This document shows positions 1-9,252 of a stretch of DNA of 55,910 nt, piece by piece; within the stretch, counting starts at the first letter, position 1; each line of letters starts with the position of its first letter. A program made the translations under genes and the position numbers. The notes beneath the pieces are model-generated. The model did not search any database. It saw only the letters and a program-made list of their open reading frames with translations, and had not been told where the DNA came from. Origin of the DNA: a virus (taxonomy: Duplodnaviria; Caudoviricetes). The DNA lies in the IMG/VR virus record IMGVR_UViG_3300043446_005140, positions 1 through 55,910 of that record. One strand, written 5' to 3'.

Positions 1-27
1 ACCGTCCGATAATCGGGGGGCGATGGT

Positions 28-43
28 TGGCATTGGTTGTGCA
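28..43 (+). promoter_or_regulatory. sigma54-type promoter motif
   Basis: TGGCATTGGTTGTGCA (GG-N10-GC), followed by GGAGG RBS and ATG at 68. Conserved at 53533. Confidence 0.6.
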
Positions 44-67
44 ACACACCTAGGCACGGAGGCAACG

Positions 68-373
68 ATGCTAACAGCATGGGAGTGTACGACCGAGACG
101 TTCCTCACTAAGTCGACTGATCTGGGATGGAGCGATGTGCGACTGTCGATTTTCCGAAGGGGGGAGGAATACCAAGTAATTGCAACGGCTCGCGCTGAAT
201 GGCGGCCGGCCGGGGAAGACGTCACCGTGACGCGCAGGTGTTACCGAGAGAATGTATGCGATGCCGTCCGCTGCGTGGCAAACGATCTGTCAGAAGTTGA
301 TCGGGACGCGGCGGGGTTGGCTGCTAAAGCCGCCCAAGCGATAATCGCAGGGCTGGATCCAGTTGGTTGGTGA
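68..373 (+). CDS. Hypothetical early protein (homolog of 53574-53882)
   Basis: GGAGG RBS before ATG 68; protein conserved in the right repeat with many synonymous changes. Confidence 0.85.
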   Translation: MLTAWECTTETFLTKSTDLGWSDVRLSIFRRGEEYQVIATARAEWRPAGEDVTVTRRCYRENVCDAVRCVANDLSEVDRDAAGLAAKAAQAIIAGLDPVGW

Positions 374-434
374 ATTATCCCCCGTCTCAGGTCGGGACGG
401 GGGTCAACTGTTTACAAAGGAAACGGAGGCAATC

Positions 435-767
435 ATGGGGAAAAAAGTCAAGATCAATATGTCCGATTCGGGTCCTGTTTTGATTGACACAGACCAGTGG
501 CCACTGGTCGCCAAAGCAGTGGATTTCGATGGGCAATTCCAGTCACAAGCCAATAGAGTGTGGGAAATTAGAGTTCGGCAGAAGGGAGAGGAGGTGCTGG
601 TATACGGATGGAAGAAATCGCAATGGCAAGGCGAGAGAGATACGTACGCCGGAGTCCGTGCCGATTTAAGCGGCGTAGTAAACGCCATTAGGGTTGTCGG
701 GGACGAAATCGGAAATGACGACGTGGCGAAGGCGGCGATGCGTGAGTTACCGGCCCTGGAAATCTAG
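435..767 (+). CDS. Hypothetical early protein (homolog of 53947-54279)
   Basis: GGAGG RBS before ATG 435; motif KSQWQGERD conserved in the right copy. Confidence 0.85.
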   Translation: MGKKVKINMSDSGPVLIDTDQWPLVAKAVDFDGQFQSQANRVWEIRVRQKGEEVLVYGWKKSQWQGERDTYAGVRADLSGVVNAIRVVGDEIGNDDVAKAAMRELPALEI

Positions 768-788
768 GCCCTAGTGGACGACGCGATT

Positions 789-826
789 GACCCCCGCTCC
801 TGACGGAGACGGGGGTTTCGTCGTTT
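789..826 (+). terminator. Putative intrinsic terminator hairpin
   Basis: GACCCCCG...CGGGGGTTT stem after ORF stop; outer stem preserved in the right copy (about 54617-54645) despite a different inner sequence. Confidence 0.55.
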
Positions 827-902
827 AATGGGCCCGTTGCGCGGGATGCACGGTCTGTTGGATCGCGGGCCAGGGGGGCATGCCTCGATTTGGCGCATGG
901 TC

Positions 903-983
903 GGACGCAGTGGACGCACGGGACGCACGGGACGCACGGGACGCACGGGACGCACGGGACGCACGGGACGCACGGGACGCACG
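903..983. repeat. 9-bp tandem repeat (GGACGCACG)x8 plus one degenerate unit
   Basis: Direct reading. Five units in the right copy (54781-54825). Confidence 0.95.
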
Positions 984-1160
984 GCCGGTTAGATCGCGAG
1001 CCAGCGGCACACACACCAATGGGTGCCAGCGTCGGCGTCGGCGTCGGCGTGGACGCATAGCGAACGATTAGGGGATACGGGGCGTCCATGCGAATATGCG
1101 AATATATGAATACATGAAAATGTAAGAGCATAACGAAACCGCCTTAAAGCCCGCCCAAGT

Positions 1161-1176
1161 CGGCACGCTTATTGCA
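1161..1176 (+). promoter_or_regulatory. sigma54-type promoter motif
   Basis: CGGCACGCTTATTGCA, close to consensus TGGCACG-N4-TTGCW. Identical at 54972-54987. Confidence 0.7.
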
Positions 1177-1195
1177 ATTGAAAATCATTTTCAAT
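1177..1195. promoter_or_regulatory. Fur-box-like 19-bp palindrome
   Basis: ATTGAAAAT-C-ATTTTCAAT is a perfect 9-1-9 inverted repeat resembling GATAATGATAATCATTATC. Identical at 54988-55006. Confidence 0.6.
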
Positions 1196-1479
1196 AAGCA
1201 TTCGCTTTGGTCCGGTTCTTGCATGCGGTGACTTGGATCGCATTTTGCAGGCGAAAAACCGGGCTACTACAGTTCGTTGACAACCGTCGGCAGATCGCGA
1301 TTTCCGCAGTAGTGTCGCCAAGTTGCGTCGCTCGGACGGTGCCGATGTGGTGCCGATGTGGTGCCGATGGCCGGCGGGCCAGCCCGGGCGACGCGCCGGC
1401 GCGCTGTACGTGTGGGACGACCGTGGGAAAACTACCCCGATCCAAGTGACCTACGTCTACCAGGGGGTGCGACCCGGCA

Positions 1480-1495
1480 TGCAAGAATGATGCCA
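1480..1495 (-). promoter_or_regulatory. sigma54-type promoter motif (leftward)
   Basis: Reverse strand TGGCATCATTCTTGCA. The right copy reads TGGCATGAACCTTGCA (55305-55320): boxes kept, spacer diverged. Confidence 0.65.
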
Positions 1496-2059
1496 CCTAC
1501 ATCGTGCGTGGCAGTAGTCTGAACAGGTAGGCGGAAGTAGTCTGTTCAGGTAAGTGGGGGTGGTTCCCTACGTGTGGGTAAAGTGAAGCGCCTACAGGTG
1601 GGGGGAAGTCGCTCGAAAAAATATTTTTGTTTAGAGTGGGGTACCTATTGGGCCCAACTTTCACCAAACATTTCGGCCAATTCAAAATACACGTGTTCAT
1701 TGATCGCGTCTCGGGCTGGCTCGGATTCCGGGATCTTACATTCCCGCCGCCGCCTGTTGGGGGGCGCGGCGTGTTTCCAACCACCATCGCCCGATACCCA
1801 TTGCTGGCTGGCTCGCGATCCGTATTCGGTATCTCGAGTACCGGTCTTCGGACTCACGCCTCATTGGCCCATGGCCGGCTGGCTCGCAATCCAACAACCG
1901 ACGCACCGGCGACTTGCTTAGCTGGCTAGCACTCTTGGCAGGCGCTGAGCCAACCAGCAATCCCCACCCCCAAGCAGCTCGCCTGCCGTCTCGCCCCCCT
2001 CCCCAAATGCACACGTTCCGTTGGCCAAAATTCGTCAAAAAACGTCATTATGACGAAAA

Positions 2060-2087
2060 TGTCACAAAGATGTCACAAACGCGTCAA
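2060..2087 (+). promoter_or_regulatory. Pho-box/OmpR-family-like direct repeats
   Basis: GTCA cores at 2061, 2072 and 2083 (11-bp period): tGTCAcaaagatGTCAcaaacgcGTCA. Conserved at 55884/55895/55906. Confidence 0.45.
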
Positions 2088-2571
2088 ATTGATTCACTGC
2101 GTCGGACAAATAACGTAATGATTTCAAGCACTTACGAATTACAGTGACACGGCAAAGAGCCAAGCCGTTTGGCCACATCGAACCCATATTACGTTTGGAC
2201 AAACAAAAATGACTGACAATATGTTCAGTGATCGTCACCTTCCCGGTTGTCGGTACGTAACGTCGTCTGGGGTACGGTTGCGCGCCAGCCGGCATCGGTC
2301 ATGGTCTACGGATGACAATCATCTGGACACAATCATCAACCATCGGACGTTGTCTTACAAGGTATTACGGCAAGGTTGTATGTACGCAACGCCCGACTCA
2401 TCGCCAGGTCGTAGAAAAAATCTCGGCCGGACAATACGGCCAAATCAGCATGGTGACCAAGTGGCACCCCGACGATGCGCCACCGGTCGTACTCGAGGGG
2501 CACCCAGAGCTGGGGCCGGTGTTCGTGTACGACTTTTACGCCGACAACGACTCGTCCGATTAGGGGCAACC

Positions 2572-3384
2572 ATGGTACGCATCATTCATGGCGACAATTT
2601 GCCCATTTTGCGTTCGCTTGAAGACGGGTCGTTTGACCTGATTTACATTGACCCGCCCTTTAATACGGGGCGAAGCCAAACGAGAACGCGCATCAAGACC
2701 GAGCGGGACGACGAAGGGGACCGGGTCGGCTTCCAAGGCCGGCGCTATAAGACCACCATTGTAGGTTCCAGCGCATACGCCGATACCTTTGACGACTACA
2801 TGGGGTTCTTGTTGCCTCGTTTGCAGCAAGCACATCGCCTACTTGCTGACAACGGCAGTCTATTTGTGCACTTGGACTACCGGGAAGTGCATTATGCAAA
2901 GGTGGCGTTGGACGGCATATTTGGTCGTCCCAGCTTCATCAACGAAATCATCTGGGCCTATGATTATGGGGCCAGAGCTACCCGACGATGGTCGCCGAAG
3001 CACGATACAATTCTTTGGTATGCGAAAGACCCAAAGAATTACTGCTTCAATTACGACGAGATTGATCGCATCCCGTACATGGCCCCGTCCCTGGTTGGTG
3101 CCGAAAAAGCGGCACGCGGCAAGACCCCGACGGATACCTGGTGGCACACCATCGTAAGTCCCAACGGCAAGGAAAAGACGGGGTACCCCACCCAAAAGCC
3201 ACTCGGAGTCATGACCAGGATCGTCCGCGTTCATTCCAACCCGGGTGGTCGTCTACTGGATTTTTTTGCCGGTAGCGGTTCCTTTGGCGAAGCGGCTGCG
3301 ATCAATGGTCGTGACGTGACGTTGATTGACGAATCTCCCGAAGCTATCCAGGTTATGAATCGTCGACTGGTGTCGTATCTGTAG
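2572..3384 (+). CDS. DNA methyltransferase (N6-A/N4-C, beta class)
   Basis: IIHGDNL, IYIDPPF, YPTQKP and LDFFAGSGS motifs. Start moved to ATG 2572. Confidence 0.93.
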   Translation: MVRIIHGDNLPILRSLEDGSFDLIYIDPPFNTGRSQTRTRIKTERDDEGDRVGFQGRRYKTTIVGSSAYADTFDDYMGFLLPRLQQAHRLLADNGSLFVHLDYREVHYAKVALDGIFGRPSFINEIIWAYDYGARATRRWSPKHDTILWYAKDPKNYCFNYDEIDRIPYMAPSLVGAEKAARGKTPTDTWWHTIVSPNGKEKTGYPTQKPLGVMTRIVRVHSNPGGRLLDFFAGSGSFGEAAAINGRDVTLIDESPEAIQVMNRRLVSYL

Positions 3385-4204
3385 CCGTCGTTACCAGCAC
3401 CTGGTCGGGGGTTGCCTTGGGGCGACCTCTATTTCGAGGCGTCATCGTCGGGTCCGAGAACTTGGTCTCGAGTATCCGTTGTTCGGCGACCATTACGGCC
3501 TCTGACGCGGCATCCTTGGCGCCCCCGTTGGCTCGTATTGCAGCCGCCGCCGCACGGACAATTGCTTCCTCCAGCTCGTCGTTACTTAGCTTGGCCAAGT
3601 CTTGAATGGCAATGGGGCCACCGTTTGGTCCACTGAGTTCGGTTTTCGATGTAATCAAACCCGCGATATCGGCCACCGTACGTACCGCTGCAACGGCGGA
3701 TCGTCGGTCGCCGTTATCCAATGCGTCGTGGGCGATCACTTCCAGCAACGCCAAACACTTGGTGCGGACCTCTTCCCGGTCGCCGATTGCCCCCTGGACC
3801 CATCTCGAGGCTTCCGCCGACATGTGCTGGACGACGACGTAGCTGATCCCCCATGCGGCCGTCAAAGGCATCTGTAGGGCTGTTCTATATAGACCGTCGG
3901 TCATCAACTCGGCGATGAACGACACTCGTTCCTGGCGTGATACCTTGGTCAACGCCGTCTCGATAATCCACCACCGTTGACCGCCCGGCTTCAGCGATTC
4001 CACGTACGATCGTTTGGCCGGCATATCCATGTCACACCGCTTGTCCATCTTGCGCGTGTAATCGCGTTTGCGGTCATCGTATTCCTGATAACCGGCTACG
4101 CGATCTGCCAGGCCCTTTTTCAACTTTTCGATCTTTTTCGAGTCCACGCAGAATGGCCAACAAATTTTGTCTGGCGGACCGAATGAAACGGCCACGTATC
4201 CCAC
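3353..4204 (-). CDS. terS: Probable terminase small subunit
   Basis: HTH-like segment plus typical TerS C-terminal motif KTELSGPNGGPI...LSNDEL; near terL. Start uncertain. Confidence 0.65.
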   Translation of the reverse strand: MGYVAVSFGPPDKICWPFCVDSKKIEKLKKGLADRVAGYQEYDDRKRDYTRKMDKRCDMDMPAKRSYVESLKPGGQRWWIIETALTKVSRQERVSFIAELMTDGLYRTALQMPLTAAWGISYVVVQHMSAEASRWVQGAIGDREEVRTKCLALLEVIAHDALDNGDRRSAVAAVRTVADIAGLITSKTELSGPNGGPIAIQDLAKLSNDELEEAIVRAAAAAIRANGGAKDAASEAVMVAEQRILETKFSDPTMTPRNRGRPKATPDQVLVTTATDTTPVDDS

Positions 4205-4235
4205 CTAAAGTTCGGCAATCGGTGGACGGCGATGA

Positions 4236-4574
4236 TTGTATGAGCAAACTAGTGGAATGTCAGATCATACCCGTTCAACGACCCACTACAGAAACTCGGC
4301 TAATGATGCTCGTGCGAATCGTGCACACAGGGCTGAACGTATCGGCTCCCAAGCTACCGGCCATCTGCTAGGTGGCAGCGATCCTGCGTGCGGGTACTGC
4401 GGATTGCGTGACCACGCACACCATTGTGAGACTTGTTGGGGTGGTGTGGCGCTGGCTGGCAAGTGCGAACGTTGCGACCCGGACACCATTCCGACCATGG
4501 CTGCTGCGGATCATTACACCGAATGGTCCGACTATACGGACCAGTGGGACCATAAACAAATGAGCGATCAATGA
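4236..4574 (+). CDS. Small Cys-rich putative zinc-binding protein
   Basis: CGYC, CETC and CERC pairs; stop overlaps next ATG (ATGA). Confidence 0.55.
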   Translation: MYEQTSGMSDHTRSTTHYRNSANDARANRAHRAERIGSQATGHLLGGSDPACGYCGLRDHAHHCETCWGGVALAGKCERCDPDTIPTMAAADHYTEWSDYTDQWDHKQMSDQ

Positions 4575-5005
4575 GTAACTTGATGGCGGTTCGCCCTGCT
4601 GTGGCGGACGACTTGGACTTGATCATTCACTCGTTTTTAATGGGGTTCTGGAACACCCCCGCCGTACGAGGGATGGACCGAGACCGTTATTTCGAGGTGG
4701 TGCGTCCCAGGTTCAAAGTCGCGTTGGGATCTGCCGATATGCGCGTGGTCGTGGCGTGTGCGGCTGACGATCCGTCGACGCTATTGGGATGGGCAGCGAC
4801 GCACAAAAACACGTTACTGTGGGCATACGTGCGTAAGCCAATGCGAGGTACGGGGGTATTACGTAGTATGTTGGCGGATCAACCCTGGCCAATTACCGGA
4901 TACGCGCTGACTGGGTTAGGATCGTCGCCACCCAAGCACATGGAATTTCGTCCTTGGGTTGCATGGTCCTTGTTTGCAATCGGTCCCATGGTGCCGGACC
5001 GCTGA
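4571..5005 (+). CDS. GNAT-like acetyltransferase
   Basis: VRPAVADD N-terminus and YVRKPMRGTG acetyl-CoA-binding-like motif. Confidence 0.65.
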   Translation: MSNLMAVRPAVADDLDLIIHSFLMGFWNTPAVRGMDRDRYFEVVRPRFKVALGSADMRVVVACAADDPSTLLGWAATHKNTLLWAYVRKPMRGTGVLRSMLADQPWPITGYALTGLGSSPPKHMEFRPWVAWSLFAIGPMVPDR

Positions 5006-5298
5006 TAAAACGGCCAATTCCGCAGGGCGCAACCTGCGTGGCCAACATTAACTTCGTTGTTTTCGCTTATCCCGTTTTGCACCCGTCAGGCGGTATGTCC
5101 TCCAGTATCCGAGCCGATGGCGGCGTCACGATTGACCGTCGTGGCGATACCGTGGTCGTTAAAGCTCCGGTTCCTGACAACACCATGCGTGGTCTACCGA
5201 CACACGTATGCCGTCATTACAACTGGAATGCCGTGACTTGGATCGAGTACGACTCCGATCCGGACGCCGTGGTTTCGGCGGATAAACGTGGGCGTTAA
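4954..5298 (+). CDS. Hypothetical protein (start probably GTG 5038)
   Basis: Fills the gap between GNAT and terL in the same orientation. Confidence 0.55.
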   Translation: MGCMVLVCNRSHGAGPLIKRPIPQGATCVANINFVVFAYPVLHPSGGMSSSIRADGGVTIDRRGDTVVVKAPVPDNTMRGLPTHVCRHYNWNAVTWIEYDSDPDAVVSADKRGR

Positions 5299-6907
5299 TC
5301 CGACTCCCGAAGAGTTCCAAGAACATTTACGTGCGCTGCTGGCTGAAAAGACACGGCGCAAAAAGACGTTTGATTCGCTCGAGGCGTTGTTGACGGACCC
5401 CAAGCTATTTGGGTTGACCACTGCGACGCCCGTCCAGCGTGCCATCTGCCGGATCGCCGATGGGGTTCCGCTTGGAGAGCTGCAAGATGATCCCGTGATC
5501 ATGGACGCCGTCGGCGATTGCACGCCCATCTCCGGAATACGACCACGTGAGCTGGCCATCTTGAGTGGGATCCGTGTCGGCAAATCGCTGATCGCCAGCC
5601 TGTTGGCAATCTATTGGACCCAAGTGTGCGATGTCTCCAAGCTGGGACCAGGTGAGATCCCGCGCATCTCGATTGTGTCGATCACACGCGACTTGGCCGA
5701 GGTTGTATTTGGGCACGTGCTGGGCCGCATTGCCGCATCCAAGGCACTTACGTCATTGGTCATTGGTAACCCAGCGGGGGAAACGATTACGTTGCGCCAT
5801 CCGACGGGCACGCCCGTTGAAATCTGCGTTGTGTCGGGCTCCAGGGCCGGTAGCTCGCTTGTGGCCCGTTGGAGCGCTGGATGCATCTTCGACGAGTTTC
5901 CGCGTATGCTGGGGGCAGATGAATCGGTCATCAATTGGGAAGATTCTCGTCGAGCCGTTCTTGAGCGAATCTTGCCGAATGCACAAATGGTGTCTATTGG
6001 TTCCCCTTGGGCACCGTATGGACCTGCGTTCGACGTGTACTCGAACCACTGGAGACATCCGTCTGCCGAAATGGTGGTTGTAAAGACGCCAGCGTGGAAT
6101 TTTAATCCTCATTTCTGGACGCCAGAACGGGTGGAAAAAGCCAAGGCAAACCCGGACATCTACCAGACCGACGTACTGGCGGAATTTGCCAACCCCGAGG
6201 AATCGTTGTTTGCGACGCACGAAGTCGATTCGTGTACGCGCCAGACAACAACGTCGCTGAAACCCAACCCAAACTTGGCGTATCGCGCTGCAATGGACCC
6301 TGCCACCCGAGGCAACGGCTGGACGCTGGTGATTGTCACTCGGCAAGGTGCACGCAAGATTGTGGCACACGTCGAAGAATGGCGTGGCTCCAAAGTCGAC
6401 CCCCTTAGCCCAAAGTGGGTTATGGGCGAGATATCCGCAATCTGCAAAGAGTACGGCATCACATCCATTGACACTGACATTTACATGGCCGATGCCATCA
6501 AGGACCTGGCCCGCGATGTGGGGATCCACTTGCGTCAGGTGTCACTCACGGACAGAGAACGGTCTCGACGATACATGTCCATCAAGGCCAAGATGGCCAT
6601 TGGTGAAATCGAGCTAAGTCCGGACCGTAAGTTTCGAAACGATCTATTGCAACTCAAGAAAAAGACCACCAGCAACGGGATCAAAGTGTATTTGCCGGCC
6701 ACGCCCGACGGCCGACATTGCGACTATGCGCCCAGCTTGATGTTGGCCATGGCTGGGTACTTGGAAGATGCCAAGACGGACGAGTTGGATCCCATGTCCG
6801 AGCAATCCCTTCAGGCGCAAGCTAACGAAATGCGCAACCAGCGCTACGAGCTGGTCAAGTCCCGATTCGAACGGCCAAACATTCATAACCGATGGAAACT
6901 AAAGTGA
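5288..6907 (+). CDS. terL: Terminase large subunit
   Basis: Walker A GIRVGKS, Walker B CIFDE, motif III IGSP, RNase-H-like nuclease AMDPA ... HCDYA. Confidence 0.92.
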   Translation: MGVNPTPEEFQEHLRALLAEKTRRKKTFDSLEALLTDPKLFGLTTATPVQRAICRIADGVPLGELQDDPVIMDAVGDCTPISGIRPRELAILSGIRVGKSLIASLLAIYWTQVCDVSKLGPGEIPRISIVSITRDLAEVVFGHVLGRIAASKALTSLVIGNPAGETITLRHPTGTPVEICVVSGSRAGSSLVARWSAGCIFDEFPRMLGADESVINWEDSRRAVLERILPNAQMVSIGSPWAPYGPAFDVYSNHWRHPSAEMVVVKTPAWNFNPHFWTPERVEKAKANPDIYQTDVLAEFANPEESLFATHEVDSCTRQTTTSLKPNPNLAYRAAMDPATRGNGWTLVIVTRQGARKIVAHVEEWRGSKVDPLSPKWVMGEISAICKEYGITSIDTDIYMADAIKDLARDVGIHLRQVSLTDRERSRRYMSIKAKMAIGEIELSPDRKFRNDLLQLKKKTTSNGIKVYLPATPDGRHCDYAPSLMLAMAGYLEDAKTDELDPMSEQSLQAQANEMRNQRYELVKSRFERPNIHNRWKLK

Positions 6908-7131
6908 AATTTGATTACGACGCCCATAGTGCTATTGTGCAATGGATGCGTTCGAACGGTGTTCTTACGCTGGAAATCGACGGTCTAAAGATACATCTGG
7001 GGCCGGCTCCGTCGGTACCCGTACAACCGACCGAAGAGCAACGCCAATCCGAGGACATGCATCGTCGCCGCCGTGAGCTGGATATCTTGTTTTCGGCCAC
7101 CAGCATGAGACCAAAACCAGGCGCGCCGTAA
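6892..7131 (+). CDS. Hypothetical protein
   Basis: Coupled ORF between terL and portal. Confidence 0.65.
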   Translation: METKVKFDYDAHSAIVQWMRSNGVLTLEIDGLKIHLGPAPSVPVQPTEEQRQSEDMHRRRRELDILFSATSMRPKPGAP

Positions 7132-7203
7132 ATGCATGAAATCACTGGTGTAATCCGGGACAAATGCCGTAGCAACCGGCCATTCTGGTCTGGCCGATAA
7201 TGC

Positions 7204-9246
7204 GTGACCAAAGGACCCGTGAAGGATGTGCGGTGGTGGCGGTCGGAAACGCCCCACTCGGACGTGTTCGACATCGTTCGCGCCGTCTCCAATAAGACGC
7301 GAATCCGACGCGAGATGGACCTGTACCATGCGTGTCTGTACGACGATTCCGAGCTGACAGGCTTGGGACCATCGTCTTGGCAGGATCTGGAATACCAGCC
7401 GTCCAAGTTGGCGTTTAATGTTGTTCGTCAAACGGTCGACACATTATCCGCCAAAATTGCCAAAAACCAGCCGTTACCCATGCCGATCACATCGGGTGGT
7501 AACTACGGGCAACGCCGTCGGGCCGAAAAGATGGGCAAGGCCATCAAAGGCCAGTTTGAACTAAGTGGGGTGTGGCGCGCTAGTCCGACAATCGCTCGAG
7601 ATTGCGCGTTGTTCGGAACCGGGATTGCTCACAACTACAGGGTTGGCAAGACAATCTATCACGAACGTGTATTGCCGTGGGAGATCGTGGTTGACCCGCG
7701 TGATGCCATGTACGGCAAGCCACGCACGATGTATCTAAGGCGATGGGTAGACCGGTTCGTATTGGCGGAACGCTTTCCCGAGTTTCACGAATACATCATG
7801 ACGGCCGATGCCAAGGATATACACTCGTATGATCTTGGCTATGATGACACCAGCGATCTGGTGCTGGTGATCGAAGCGTGGCACTTGCCGTCCAAGTCAT
7901 TGGAAGATTCCGATCCGGATTACGAAAAGGACGCCCAGCCCGACGAGCACACGTACCACGACCAGCCTGCCCCGCGTATGGATCCCGATAACCCGGCCGA
8001 ATCGGACGGACCACAACGTCCTGCGCACGATGGTTGCCATTCGATCATGATCTCGAATGCAACGCTGATCAAAGAGCCGTGGCGAAGGCAATACTTTCCG
8101 TTTTCGGTTCTGCGTATGTCAGAGCCGTTGGTCGGATGGCACGGCACCGGTCTGGCGAAACAGCTAACGGGGTTGCAGTACACGATCAATGATACTGCCG
8201 CCGTCGTCCAGGAGGCGCATGCTCTTAGCGGTGGATACATCCTGGTTGAGTCCGGTTCCAATGTAGATACCGGAAAGCTGGATAATGGGCGCGGCACCAT
8301 CCTGAAGTACAACGGCACCCGTCCGGACTGGATCAACCCGCAACCGGTGCATCCTGACACGTGGAATTTCGTCTTGGGCTTGATTCCCAAGGCTTTCGAA
8401 ATGACGGGTGTCTCACAACTCAGTGCGCAATCCCAAAAACCGGCCGGGATCGAGTCGGCAATTGCTCTGAATACGTTCAACGACATTGAGACGGAACGTT
8501 TTGCATTGTTCGCCAAGCAATACGAAGAGTATCACATCGACGTTGCCTGGCAGTTTTTCGATCTGTGGGAAGAGATCGTCGAGGAATTTGGCAACGCTAC
8601 GATTCGTGTAAACTCCAAAGATCGTGGTCTGCGTTTCTTGTCCGACATTGACTACAGCGAGATCCGTATGGATCGACATGAATTTGTGCTGGACGTGTTC
8701 CCCACCAGCTTGCTGTCCAAGAAACCGGCCGCACGTATCCAAGAGCTTGAGAGCTTCATCAACGCGGGGTGGATCACGCGCGAAGATGCAATGATGTTGC
8801 TGGATATGCCGGATCTGGAACGTGCCGGCAATCTTGTCCTGAGTGCAACCAGGATCATCGAACAGATCGTTGATCGCATCCTGGATGCGCCGGATCCGTA
8901 TGCTGACGGCGTTTACACGTACCCAGAACCCGCGTTCAACCTGAAGTTGTGCATCGCCAAGGGGCTGCAAATGTACCTGGATGCCAAGCTGGACGGCGCT
9001 CCTGAGGAAAACTTGTTGCTGGTGATGCAGTTTATTGCAGACGCCAAAGAGCAACTCGAGATGTCTATGCAACCGCCCCCCGGTGAACAACCACCACCCG
9101 AGATGGGTATGCCGGCTGGCCCGCAAATGGGTGCCATGCCTATGGCGGATATCCCGCCCCCTCCTGGTGCGCCACCTGGCCCGCCTGGTTCGGACAACTT
9201 CGTTCCACCTTCACCGATGGACGAGTCACCACCACCTAGCTTGTAA
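7204..9246 (+). CDS. Portal protein (podovirus-type)
   Basis: 680 aa, position after terL, VVDP and FPF...GTGL..QL.GLQ motifs, Pro/Gln-rich tail. Confidence 0.85.
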   Translation: MTKGPVKDVRWWRSETPHSDVFDIVRAVSNKTRIRREMDLYHACLYDDSELTGLGPSSWQDLEYQPSKLAFNVVRQTVDTLSAKIAKNQPLPMPITSGGNYGQRRRAEKMGKAIKGQFELSGVWRASPTIARDCALFGTGIAHNYRVGKTIYHERVLPWEIVVDPRDAMYGKPRTMYLRRWVDRFVLAERFPEFHEYIMTADAKDIHSYDLGYDDTSDLVLVIEAWHLPSKSLEDSDPDYEKDAQPDEHTYHDQPAPRMDPDNPAESDGPQRPAHDGCHSIMISNATLIKEPWRRQYFPFSVLRMSEPLVGWHGTGLAKQLTGLQYTINDTAAVVQEAHALSGGYILVESGSNVDTGKLDNGRGTILKYNGTRPDWINPQPVHPDTWNFVLGLIPKAFEMTGVSQLSAQSQKPAGIESAIALNTFNDIETERFALFAKQYEEYHIDVAWQFFDLWEEIVEEFGNATIRVNSKDRGLRFLSDIDYSEIRMDRHEFVLDVFPTSLLSKKPAARIQELESFINAGWITREDAMMLLDMPDLERAGNLVLSATRIIEQIVDRILDAPDPYADGVYTYPEPAFNLKLCIAKGLQMYLDAKLDGAPEENLLLVMQFIADAKEQLEMSMQPPPGEQPPPEMGMPAGPQMGAMPMADIPPPPGAPPGPPGSDNFVPPSPMDESPPPSL

Positions 9247-9252
9247 TCGAAT

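Larger units (their letters stand above)
1..2087 (+). repeat. Left copy of diverged terminal direct repeat
   Basis: Aligns by eye with 53506-55910: same two ORFs, hairpins, 9-mer array, promoter motifs and ending ...gtcacaaagatgtcacaa..gcgtcaa. Confidence 0.95.

Noticed and set aside
903-983. Possible CRISPR array
   Set aside because: Contiguous 9-bp units with no spacers; simple VNTR. No repeat-spacer array was seen anywhere in the window.
688-2295. Track ORFs across the control region (PCV/RPV/ASR/DAR repeats and others)
   Set aside because: Products of tandem repeats. Frames and lengths are mostly not preserved in the right copy and RBSs are lacking.
2209-2571. N-terminal extension of the first methyltransferase
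   Set aside because: Arg-rich shadow-like sequence; family motifs begin at ATG 2572.
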